59,672 bases of DNA from Klebsormidium nitens (Eukaryota > Plantae > Klebsormidiophyceae), in NCBI GenBank assembly GCA_000708835.1, contig DF237487.1, forward strand, positions 1 to 59,672, read 5' to 3'. The notes under the pieces were generated by a model. The model saw only the letters and a program-made list of their open reading frames with translations, was not told where the DNA came from and did not search any database. Shown here piece by piece: positions 37,501 to 48,500 of the stretch. Position 1 is the stretch's first letter; every line of letters begins with the position of its first letter. The position numbers were made by a program, and so were the translations under genes.

Positions 37501-40500
37501 CCCCCAGTCTGGAGACAAACTCCAGAAAGCGCGCGTGGCGCCGCTGCTTATCAGCCAGATAGCCCCGTATAACCAGGCTCGCATTGGCACTCTCGTTCGT
37601 CCAGCTCTTCCCGAGTGCGTCAACGAACGACCTGCGGATGTCAGATTGTGGGCGAATTTGTGAATCTGTCAATAATGTCATGTAAGAAGCATTTACGAAG
37701 ACATCGTTCCTCCGACATGAAAAGGCAACTGTTTTGGCAATTGAACAGTTCGAAGTATAGGAGTTCGGTTTCCTGAGCTGAGAAATCAGAGAATGCAATG
37801 GAAATTGCTCAAAGGTCTCACAGCGACTAGGTACGGAAATAATGATTGGAAGCGCAAATGCGGCGATTTGTGCAACGGCCAAAACTCAGTAGGCTTTGGG
37901 CTCTTACCAACCCGACACGACAAGAAATAGCAACTCGTCGCAGTTTCAACACGCCCTTGTTACGGGAGTTACCTCTTGATGTGTGGCATCTGGTCTATGA
38001 AGCGCGTCAGAAAAGCAGGGAAGAATGGGCTAAAGTGAAAGAAACGATGGTCGAAGGAGGGGCACCGAGAAGGGGCTCAAGCATGTTGTCAAAAACCGGA
38101 CGGACTGCTAGGTCAAACGAAAGAGAATGCAACGGACGAACAACCGTGACGAGAGCAAACAGCAGACGGAAGGACAGACAAACACGACAGAGAAAGGGAT
38201 CTGTACAGAAGGCAATCTGCAACATGCAGGCATTGAAGTTAGTCACAAGCTCGTTCTGCGGCAAGGAAGAGGACTTTGGATATCTTCATAAGTTTAGCAC
38301 AGGGGCATCGGAGTCGGGTGGAGGAGGACTTGGGCTGCCGGAGCATCCCAGGATTGCTCGTCACTGCCTCAAAGAGGGCGTCTAACCACGTGGTCCCACG
38401 GCAACCACTTCCGCATAATATTCTGTCCTTGTGTCGCCAAGAATTCCGTCACGTAGTACCGGATTGAGCAACCCGAACTGCGGGTATGCGGGCTATCTGA
38501 TCGCCGAGGCGATGAAAATCACACGACGCCCCCTGAAAGTGGTGAAGGGCCGTCAAAGGACTTGCGAAGACTTCCTCTGCTTAACTTCGACACGCACAAA
38601 GCGCAGAGCACAAGTTGTGAAGCTGAGGCCGGATTGCGGGTCTCGAAAAGCACAACCGTACGCAAGCGAACGAGGACAAGAGTCGGAAAACCTCGTTAGA
38701 CGCTTAAGGACGAAGTGTGCGTGCATAAGACTGAAGGAAGACCGTCCCAACCCCCCCATCAACGGTACGAGAATGATGCGCCGGAAAAACTGAGAACTGT
38801 GAATCGAAAATCGAGAACAAGTCCTTACCTGCTCGCCCGTGCGAAGCCGTTCCGTCTCCCGCTCTCGTCGAACGCGCCAGCGTGGCGAAGGCCGTCGACC
38901 ACGCCGTCCAGCACGCCAGTCAATGTGAAGTCGATGTAGTGCTTCAAAACCTTTAGTAAAGCACGGAAAAAAAGATTGTGAAAAGCTTGGTGTGACTGAC
39001 GAATGGTCGACCTCCTAGACACGGAATCCAGGGAGCGCGTTCTTACAATGGATAACTTGTCTATGGCGCAAGTCAGGGAGTAATCGGGTTCGAGCTTCGA
39101 AACTATTGCGAGACAGACAATAGAAGCTGTTGGAATGTGTCCACGTCGAAGAGAGAATACTCGCAAAGCCCTGCTTTGAAGGACTCTACCCGAATCTGAT
39201 ACGGAAGGCCTCGCACTATGCAAGTTTTCGAAACACAAGCCGCATGCAGAGAGCTATGAACGGAAGGTAATCGAAATCGTCATCGACGTTAATTAGGAGT
39301 TTGTCCCACAATGTTGATGGTAGCTTTCTTGACCCACCGGAACCAGCGTGGCACAGAGCGAGCTGACCCAGCTTGGAATGCCGTTCAGTACCCAGCCTTG
39401 TCTCTCCATGCCACCCTTTGCATGGAAACCTCTGTTTACAGAGGCTTTTGACAACAAAAACCAGATTTCAGCCTTACCTTGACCTGAGCTTTGCTGTCGG
39501 GTCCCTCGTCCCCCTCCGCCGGCTGCTCCTGAGCTTCCTCCCTTCCACTGGAAAAAGGGCGCTCTTCCGCCATGTTTTCGTCCGACTTGGCTGGGTCGCC
39601 GACAATGTCGATGCGCACTTCCTCCGCTTTGTCTTCCTTCCGGGGCGGCGCGGCGCGTTCTGAAAGCATCGCATGTCCTTGATCGGGGGGCCAGAGCAAA
39701 GCGTTGGGTTGTGCTGCTGCAAAATGCGGAACGGAGGAGGTAAAATATCGGGAAAAAGTAGTCAGTAGGGACAACTTTTGCTTTGTTAGCTGGTCAGTGA
39801 AGCTCGGGCTAGGACTTCGGAGCTTGAAAAGTCGATCTTGGGCTCTAAGCGGTTCAAAGCGGCAATGCGAACAGTGATTGGTGGATCTGACCCTCTCAGA
39901 AGGTACTCAACGTCTTCAGGCCCAAGTGAAGACTTGCAACAATATAATCGACATGAGAGACAGGCTTCCACTAGAGGATCCTGCCAGCATACGGTTTCTG
40001 GATAAGCTTACTGGTGAGCATTGAGCCTGACGAGGACACTCATCATTCAACGCAGCTTGCATTGAAACCGCAAGGTTAAGGAGCGGTGCCAAGCCTGTTC
40101 AAGAAGCCAGCCTTAAATTTATCATCTTTACTGTGGCTTGTCATGCTCAGAGACTGGCCAAAAGATGCTGCTCTGGACGGCGGACCTGTTGATAGTCGAC
40201 CCCTACTCTATATTTCGTGGTGTCTGCCTTCGAGGCCGATCAGGTTTTCCTGGATGAGGAATTACGATTTTCATGAGATTCCCGTGTATGGCCCAACTGA
40301 TGTCAAGGGTTTGTGCATCTTCCACACACCACAGCCCAAGGCCATATAACCAACGGCATTGAACAATCCAAGCTCAAATATATCAGACTTGCACACTCAT
40401 TTGGTGACTGATTCTCCGGCGAACAATCGACAAATCAGAGGTGCTGAAGATTGTCAGCTAGAGACATCAGTCAAGATCTCCACAATTTTAGACCGAGTGT

Positions 40501-41588
40501 TCAATCCTTACCTGCGGACTTTTCTTTTAAGCTGACATCTGTGGCAGGGTGACTCCTGTTCTCGTAAGGGTGTCCAGGAGGATGTTGGAGGGGAGTCTCC
40601 TGGCGCACAGTACTTGGTGGTGCCCTGCTCGGTTGAAAATAGACTTGAACTCAATCTTGACAATTTTGACATCTTTCCCATGTCCTTCACCTTTGAATCT
40701 CGAAGTGCCAAAGCAGGAGGGAAGTTGTTTCCAAGCCCTGCCTCCAGGGATCGCGCAAAATCTCAAGTGTGGACATTGGCATGGTCGCTTTTTGCGGGTG
40801 CCGCCTGCAAGCGGCGTTGTCAAGGGCACACAAAATCTTGTAAGAATTCGCCAAAACGATGGCCCTTCTTTGATAGTGAACTCCTCCAGAACCACCAACA
40901 AACCTGCCCCATCATTGAATGTGGCAGCTGCTTTTGTTTCATTCTTCTGACAAACAAGCTGATTGAAAAACAACAGTCCTTCTCTTGAAAAGAGAAGCTC
41001 TTCAGCGTCTCCAAAAGAAAAAAACGTGCGAGAAGGTCGATCAAAGGTGGTGCAACTTCTAAACCGTACTTGAGAGGCAGCATAAACTTTCAAAGTCACA
41101 CATTAGAGTAAAGGTGGGCCTCATGCGGGCATACTGATCCTGTTGAGTTGACCAGAAGATCGAAAACACTGTCCGCAGCCAAGACCAGTGTTGCCTCTAG
41201 TTTCTAGAATGCCGCTGTCTTGCTGGCACTAAGAAGCTTTTGCTCCGATGGTGGTACAGAACAAAAAGAAGAAAATAGAGAATCAATGAGAAGCACATTA
41301 TCCATGAAGACATCTACAAACTATTACACAAAGTAGAGACTAAGAAGCGTCTGACAATCAGCCATGCCAACATGATCCATGCGCTAATCAACCCACTGTC
41401 AAGGCAAACTATGCCAAATGTGGATGTATTGTAATGTTCGTGACATTCACTCACTGTGTCTGCAGGCCATTGTGCAGATTCTCCGGGAGAGCTAACTCAG
41501 CATCTCTCAGTCTGCTGCTTGATCGGGCTCCGCGAGTCCCAGGGGTGCCCCGACCTGGTGTCTTGGGTTTCTTGCCTGTCGAGAACAT
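25576..41588 (-). CDS. NUP133: Nucleoporin NUP133-like protein (alpha-solenoid part; no beta-propeller found), ~838 aa; join(41588..41455,40624..40512,39716..39478,38950..38829,37631..37474,37065..36816,30435..30277,29812..29572,28940..28761,28225..28000,27530..27331,26854..26636,25851..25576)
   Basis: 13 phase-compatible exons, 2517 nt. Colinear matches to plant NUP133 as I recall it: GAFDESGRRNGFARAS, SFVDALGKSWT, DKQRRHARFL, ILEHSEKIASAVALREFQN, GRDSVEVFYTRVSSLE, LDGLWTL, EYAARRD, GRFSLFVFE, LRWLHE, AFEAFSLAGPSF, GWSDAMYLEELQKTVL. The MFS start also matches. Exons 1-2 are less certain than the rest. Confidence 0.85.
26905..27180 (-). repeat. Two intronic copies of the 5' half of NUP133 exon 12, each with an AG acceptor
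   Basis: 26905..27005 and 27061..27180 both encode GRPL.PAQL.EE.LKGDRG.VP, like exon 26854..26636. Confidence 0.95.
28595..28655 (-). repeat. Intronic copy of NUP133 exon-9 3' end with destroyed donor
   Basis: GCAAGCTC...GCAGCCGTGCTTTTTGGCG matches 28751..28810; GT donor replaced by AC. Confidence 0.85.
32782..32805 (+). repeat. (GGCT)6 microsatellite
   Basis: Direct reading. Confidence 0.95.
33500..36780 (-). pseudogene. Degenerate intronless family-B DNA polymerase relic inside NUP133 intron 6 (possible endogenous DNA-virus remnant)
   Basis: Colinear decayed motifs with stops and frameshifts: ExoI-like DRQGKFPVP (~35910), ExoII-like YESEQQVL...WIAANFD (35770-35650), RDNYDLTSSKL (~35290), region III-like LVL*PS*ICAFTGFGGA (~34430), region I-like WRVVEADISHTLV (~34230), *RRF for KKRY (~34130), KGQRLIRG (~34085) and PGESWKVVV (~33590). 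Span is about 1,090 codons. Confidence 0.6.
37166..37530 (-). repeat. Tandem array (~103-122 bp period) of the NUP133 exon-5 end plus donor region
   Basis: AACTCCCAAG(A/T)GTAAC(G/A)GTA...ATTCTCA..GCTG.TG...GC.GCTCAT repeated from 37187, 37290 and 37412; the last unit overlaps the real exon. Confidence 0.9.
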
Positions 41589-42544
41589 GGTGTGGCTGCC
41601 CTACGTGTCAGAGCTATGCCTCGAAATGGATGCACTTGACGTTGTCTTCTTCTCCTGGTCTAAATAGGCTCCCTCAGCGCATTCATTGCAAATTCCTTGC
41701 AGATTTTCTACAACATTGCTTTCTTGAGCATGCAAAATTGAAGTGTATCCAGAGGGCGCAGACGCCAGCCAAAAAGTCGGCGCGAGCAGAATTGTAAGCG
41801 CGCGAAATGTTCATATCCAAAGTGCCCACAAGGTCCAAACGACTTGGGTAGGTCCCAAAACGTTCTCTACAAGTTTCCGCCATCGTTAGGTGTCATTTGA
41901 CCGGTCCCAATCGAATGCCCAAAATATGCAATTTAGCTGGGAAAGTCAGACATAGGGCCACTTCGTCCTTAACACTGAGGGCTCCACCGGGTGCGCTGAC
42001 CCGAAAATGGGTGCAAATGGGAGCCAATAGGCCATATAAGATGTCTGCAAATTTTGGTGGACGCGCCCGCGGTGGAGCCCATACGGCCTGCTCGCTACTG
42101 GACGCTACATATTTTGGCTGGGCGTCTGCGCCCTCTGAGTGTATCGCAGCAGGCTCCGAAGATTTCTTGCACTGGCCCTGGGCCTGCCTACCTATTTTCA
42201 CTGACATCAGCAGAGCTACAGGCTGTTTCCGTGTGATGCGAAGTTTCTCGCGGAATGCTCCGCTGCGGAATACCGGAATCAGAAGAACGCGGACAACCGC
42301 GCCCATGCAAAAAGCAAACCCTAATTTGGCCTCCTGCTACTACCGGTATTAGTATACCTGCCTGCATAGATGATAGGCACAAATAGATGCGCAGCATGCA
42401 GGGTTGCTTGTATTAGGGCGGAGGAAAGGGATTGTTCCGCCAGAAGGTTTTCAGGGCAATGCCAGGCGCCTTGGCTATCCCCTGAACCACTTCAGAGACG
42501 GGAATGGAAGCTTCTGCATTGCGGTAACCCTGAAGCAGGTTGAG

Positions 42545-45500
42545 ATGAACTTGTCGTGTGCCTCCATGGATCCCTCCTGGCTGCAAGCAATCCCGGCCAA
42601 CGTGCGGCGCAGCCAGAGCGGCCGGCCAGCCAGTTCGCGGCGCCTCTCTTCGTGCAAGTCTTTGAGTCTCAAGTCATTTGATCTTGAGAACCGTGGGTTT
42701 GCTGGCGTCGGCCTTTCTGCAGTGGGAACGGCATTGGAAACACCACCCCTGAGCGGGCCAAAGCTCGCGCATCTCTTGGCGGGATTGACGGATGGGAGTG
42801 TCTGGGGGGGCCCCTGTCCAGATCGCTTGATACCAAGCGCTGCGGCATCCACTGCATTGCGTAGATTGTCCGCAGGTCGGGATCAAAGTCGAAGGGCGTC
42901 TGATACTGGTCTTAGAAAGCACCATTCCCAATTGCGGGCCGTACCCTCAAAGGCTGACCTTGCGGGGGAGGCGTCACTGCAGGGGGGCGTGCTTGGGGCT
43001 ACTTTGGACCCCCCCCGGAAGGAAGATGTTGCAACGGGAAAGGCGGTTCTTGCAGCGATTGCCGGGGACCTTGCCGTGCCCAATGCTGCGCGTCCCCCGG
43101 ACCAGCTTGAGGAGCTGACATCAGCCGCTGTGCTGACATCAGCTGCACTGACATCAGCAGTTCGTCCAGTGATTGCTAAGCGGCGTTCTGCAGTTTCAGA
43201 CCCGCAGACGAGCGGCGAGGAGCGTCAACGGGGGGTGGCTGGACAGAGAACTAACTCAGAGAAAGCCACGGTGGGATGGGGGGTGACCAAGACAAAAGCA
43301 AGCGTAAACGGCCAGACTGTAAAGGGAGCATTAGCGGGGGTTTTAGATAAAGTTGTGTCATCAGATGAGATTGGGCCTTGGTCTACTTCAGAGTCTCGGA
43401 GGCCAGATGTCAGTCGGGGGCTGCTTTCAGATTCCAGCAGACGAGGGGGAGATGACCTTTCTGCTATCGAACGAGGGGAAACTTCATACGACGCTGCCAG
43501 CGCTGACATCGACGACATTAGCGACGACGTCAGCGGCGATGACGCCAGCAGCAGCAGCAGCGAGAGCGACCTGGCGGACCGGAGCGCTGAGCTGGCAAGT
43601 TTCAGCGGGCGGGGGATGCCGATCCTGGACCCGAGTACCGGGTGCGCTGACCTGCCGTTCCGGGACTTCATGCCGCTTGGGCGGTTGCGAGGGGGTAGCC
43701 GAGGTAGCGCGTCAATCGGGGCTCTGCAAAGTGAGTGATAGACTCTGTTGTTTTGTCGAACTTCTCGCTTCTTCAAGCTGCTTGCTGGCCCTGGCTTCTA
43801 AGTAGAAGAAGATCTGAAAGAGCTGAGCTGCCATGCTCCGGAAGAAAATGGTGGGGTCGTGCTTTTCATCTTCATGCATCGTTCATCGTTCTCTCATATC
43901 CCTGAGCTGCCTGACCAGGCTTTCGTGCCGCTGAGGACACGAAAAGCACGTGGTTGAAAGCAACCGAAAAGAGTGCCGAAGTTGCGGCGCAGTTACCTGT
44001 CAGCTTGCTTCTACACTTTGCTAATGGTCAAGCTGTCTTGCAGAGCCTAGCGGCCCCCCTGGGGTGTGGCTGGTGCCTTCGTCGAACACAGGGTGCGCTC
44101 CCACTATGGCCTTCAACCTGGACGGCGGCGACCAGCTGCTCTGGAGTGTCAGGCCGGCCCCTCTTGTCAAGGTGAGTCGCACGTTGACACCAAACGTCGT
44201 TGATGATCCGAAGGCTAGTCACAGAGTAAGATCCGGTTGTAGTGAGCGGCACAGACATTTTGGGCGGGGTTTGTCCTCCAAGTTGGCACACGTGAAGAAA
44301 TGAGGTCTGAGGTATTCACAAGGATTGAAATGTATCCGTCGCAACGAGCAGAAAAGGATGGTTTGAGAAGGTAATCTTTGCAGCTCTGACTTATGCAACG
44401 AAGCCCTGGTTCTTCAGCCTATGTTCCACTTGCAACCGGCCTTTTTTGACGCAGGCTTGTCTCTGAAATTCCTTAAAGATGCAGAAGTGGGCTGGGGGGA
44501 AAACTCAGAACAGACATCGTTCCCACATCCCACATGATTGATCATGGACCATCTCCGCATGCAGATTGTCCCGGCTGGAAACAACTCGGTCAAGGCCGCC
44601 TTCAAAGACGCTGGCTTCCGACGTGTCACAGGTTTGCAATTTCCCTCATATCACCTCCTGAGAAAGTTGATGCCGTTGACTAAATTCTTCCTGGCCGTCT
44701 GTTCCCGCAATCGATCTTCCCTCTGCGAGTCAAAGTCCCTTTGAAACGCTTTTACTTTTGCGAAATTGGGCTCAACTTTGTCAGACAAGGCCACATAGAA
44801 TCACAGCTCAGCTGTGGACGTCAGGCAAAGGTCCTTCATAATCCGAGTGCGCACGGGCTGGTTCATTTGATCAGGGGTCAGCAGCCCGAGACTGCTTTCG
44901 AGTAATGTCTGCTCTCGTAGCTGGGCAGGAAAGGGGACCCAATCTTAGGAACTTCGAAGGCTCCTGACTCGCCGCCGTTCGAGACGCTTCTTGAGAAACT
45001 GACTTGAGCGAGGTTTTGTAGCGCCCGAGAAAGATAAAAGGTTCCAAGCATCGCTGCTCGAAATGCTCCGTAAGAAAGTAGCAACGGCGATACTTCAGTG
45101 GCGCTCAACGAAAGGTTCCGAATCACCGCTGCCTGGAGTGCTTCTTCAGAAACTAGGAAGAGCGAGCCTTTGTGACGCTTCGGCGCTGGTCTGCAGCGGA
45201 GGCGAACAAGTGGGACATGCTCTGGAGCGGCAAGGCGCTCAAGGTCGACGACTTTAAGGGCCTCAACAAGAATCAAAAGGTACGCTCCAGCCGCATGTTG
45301 CAGCTGTTCGCTTCGGAGTTTCCACTCTCCCCCTGGGTTTTCGACCTTCAATAGCTCATTGTAGACCGTTGGATCAGCTGATTGTGCGGATCGTTCAGTC
45401 GAAGATTGCGTACTCCGGGTGGCAGGTCTGACGCAACGAGCTGCACTATGCCCGTAAACATTGCTCCAAGATTGCTGATTGGAGATCTTGAAACCCAGAC

Positions 45501-48500
45501 CCAAGCGGCCTGGGTTCCGGGACTCCCCACGTTGTGGCTCCTTCGATGAACGCTCTGTAGAAGTCTGTTGACGGGTTCGACGAGCCTCCACAGGTTGTAG
45601 AATTTTGGACTGCGGCGGTCCGCTCGGATCGAACCCTCGAAAATTGTTTACAATGCATCGTTAGCATGCCTTTGATTTTTTGAAATATCTTGACATTCTC
45701 TGAAGGACTTATGCTGCCCTGTAGATTGCATCTACTTTTGAGAATTATCATCTATTGAGTCACAGTCACCCTGTTACGTGGCGGTGGTGCGATCTGTTGA
45801 ATTCTAGCCTCGACTGCTCAGGTTAACCACTTCCCTGGTACTTGGGAGCTGGGTCGCAAGGACCACTTGTACAAGCACCTAGTAGCTGCCGCGCGCCGCC
45901 ACCCACAACAGTACGACTTCCTCCCCTCCGTGTTTCTGCTCCCGGAAGACCACGGTAAGCCTGCAAAATCCAACTCAGTCCCAATGAAGGAGAATACTTG
46001 CTCCGGAAGTCGGTTCTTGATGGTCCACTTTTTGGGGTTTAGGTGGTTTTAGGTGGGTCATATTGAACCCCAAACCAATCTAATGATTCCCTGCTTCGAA
46101 GTAAGTTCGAAGCGGTGAATTGCACGTGACGACAGCAACACGGGTGGCACTTTAGCGGCGCAGAAAGACTAGCATATGTGTCAGAAGCATAAGCGCCAGC
46201 ATGCCCTGGACTCCGAACGTTGCAAACGAGGGACTCCAGTCCAATCCTCAGTCACAGTTCGCGTCAACTATCTTTGAACCCTTTTGTTCGTAGCTTACAA
46301 CGGCGGCAGCTGGTTAATGCCCTCTTGCTGTAAGGATATTGTTCTGAAGCATTTTGAGCACTCCTGACGTCAGACACTAGAGCTTTGTGAGTTTTTCGTG
46401 CCAGTTTCGCTTGCTAACGTCAGCTGCCTCGTGCGTGCAGCCGAGTGGGTGGAAGACAGCAAGCGAGATCCGCAGCAACTCTACATCCTAAAGGTAAAGC
46501 CTAGCAAGCACCTTTTGGAGTGGGTTGGTTTCCGAGGCTTTCAGCTACTCAGCCATTTCCTTCTACTAGAGTTCAAAGTCGAAACCAAAGTGGAGGTGCC
46601 AACCACTTTGATGGGGTTGTCGGGGCTTGATGGCTGTTCAAGCTTAATAGAATCTCACCCTTTTCCGTCTAAGGCTCATGTTTCATGGGTTGATTTTACC
46701 TACACATGAACCACCCCAACGCTCGTTTCTTGGTTCTCAAAGAACGGCAAAATGAGGACAATCACGGAAACTTGCACAGGATCTGTCCGATCCTCAAAGC
46801 ATTCGCAGAAACCCTATGTGCGAATTGCGCTTTGTATACACTCAGATAGCGCGCCGTAACTGTCTCCTTGGAGGCAGGCGCGAATGCGGCCTTTTAAGCT
46901 GGCGCCCTGCATGCTGACGTCATCACCCATCGTTTCGTGTCGTCATCAGCCGCGTAGCTCGAGCCGGGGGCGCGGGGTGCGGTTGCTGCGGAAGCCAGCG
47001 GAGCTGACGAAACTGCGGCCGAGCCTGGTGCAGAAATACGTCAGCAACCCGCACCTCATCAACGGCTACAAGTGAGTCAGCCTTGGTTGGAGATAACTTA
47101 GAAAGTCGGGACGGTGTTCGAGTCTGACAACTGGGACGGTGTTCGAGTCTGACATGAAAATTTCAAAGTCTGACATGAGAGTCTGAAAGTCTGACATAAA
47201 AATCACAACAGTGTCCAGGTTAAGTGGAAGAGCTTGAAAGAGTGGAAGTCCGGACAGACTAGAGACGGTTGGTAGAAGTCTTCCTATTCACCCCTTTCTT
47301 CCTATTGGCCGGTTGGTGAGGTTTTGCGGGGTCGCTGTCTCTTTCTTGCTCGATGCTCACTTAGAGCCGCTTAGCACCCTTAGCATGCCTGTCTCTCACA
47401 TCCAAACGGAAGCACACCTTTTGTTGCAGTAGGTTCGCTCTGACCGTTGTATGCTTCGATTGGGTTGGAGCTTTCATTTTACTCATGCGTTCGCGGAACA
47501 CTTTGCACGTTTGCTACGTATTATTCAGCCTTCCAGTATTGCTTTGCGCTCTCTTATTCAGTCTGGTGCAAACGAGACGGGGATTCTTCGCCTGAGACTC
47601 TGTCTGACTGAGTGCAGGTACGACTTGCGGCTGTACGTGGTAGTCACGAGTTGGGACCCCCTGCGTGTTTACGTGTACAAAGAGGGCCTGGTACGATTCG
47701 CCTCGGAAAAGGTGAGGTCTCTTTTGCTCCTTGCAGCTGTGCTTACTTCAAAAAGCAGCCCCCGGAGCGAACTGTCAACTGGTTCTGAACCTCAATCGAA
47801 CCGAAGGAGCCCGGAAATAGATCTGAGTTTCTCAATAGAGATTCGTCAGAAGTCTGGTCTTGTTTGAGAATCATGACCGTGAGGAGCAGGACCCTTTTCA
47901 GCAAACGCTCAAAAAAGCGGTGCCAATCTTTGTCAGAACACAGATCAAGCAAATGAGATCACTTTCGAAGCATGCTCGTCGAAAGCCCCCTCAACCGGTT
48001 TGCTAGTGTACGAATTCTGTTTGCGTCAATTTTGGATCCGCTCAAGGTTTATATCTACGAACCGCCTTCGTGCAGTACGGTTTGGATCGAGCCAACCTGC
48101 GGAAACGATGCGCGCACATCACAAACACAAGGTACGCAGAACCAACATGTGCACAGTATCTGCTCGAATCTGCCTATAATTCTGATTTTGTGCACGAGAC
48201 TTGTTGACTCTGTTGCCAGTTCCGCTTTGCTTTAGCCAGTTTGAATGGTCTTTGCGGCAAAGCTACGGTGAGGGCCGGTTGAGGAGGAGTATTCGACCTC
48301 AACCCGTTTGATCTATTTGCAATTGAGAACGTTGTCGTGATTTTCTTGGCAATGCGTTTGAGACTCAATCAGAAAATCGACAGACTAGGGTCGTAAAGTA
48401 AAGGAGCAAAGTAATCTGTGTGTACAAGCCAAGGGAATCGATTTTCAGGCATAAGGCTGCGTCGAAGACGAGGTGAAGCGGGCGAGATGATTGCCTCGAA

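Noticed and set aside
37166-37530. Spaced repeats as a CRISPR-like array
   Set aside because: Whole units are homologous with no unique spacers, the context is eukaryotic, and they derive from the local exon junction.
40527-41099. 190-aa minus-strand ORF as candidate NUP133 propeller exon
   Set aside because: No propeller similarity and its frame stops before the donor; a different frame (40624..40512) is the phase-compatible exon.
41893-42352. Overlapping 137-aa and 151-aa ORFs between NUP133 and TTLL
   Set aside because: No motifs; they lie in the divergent promoter/UTR region.
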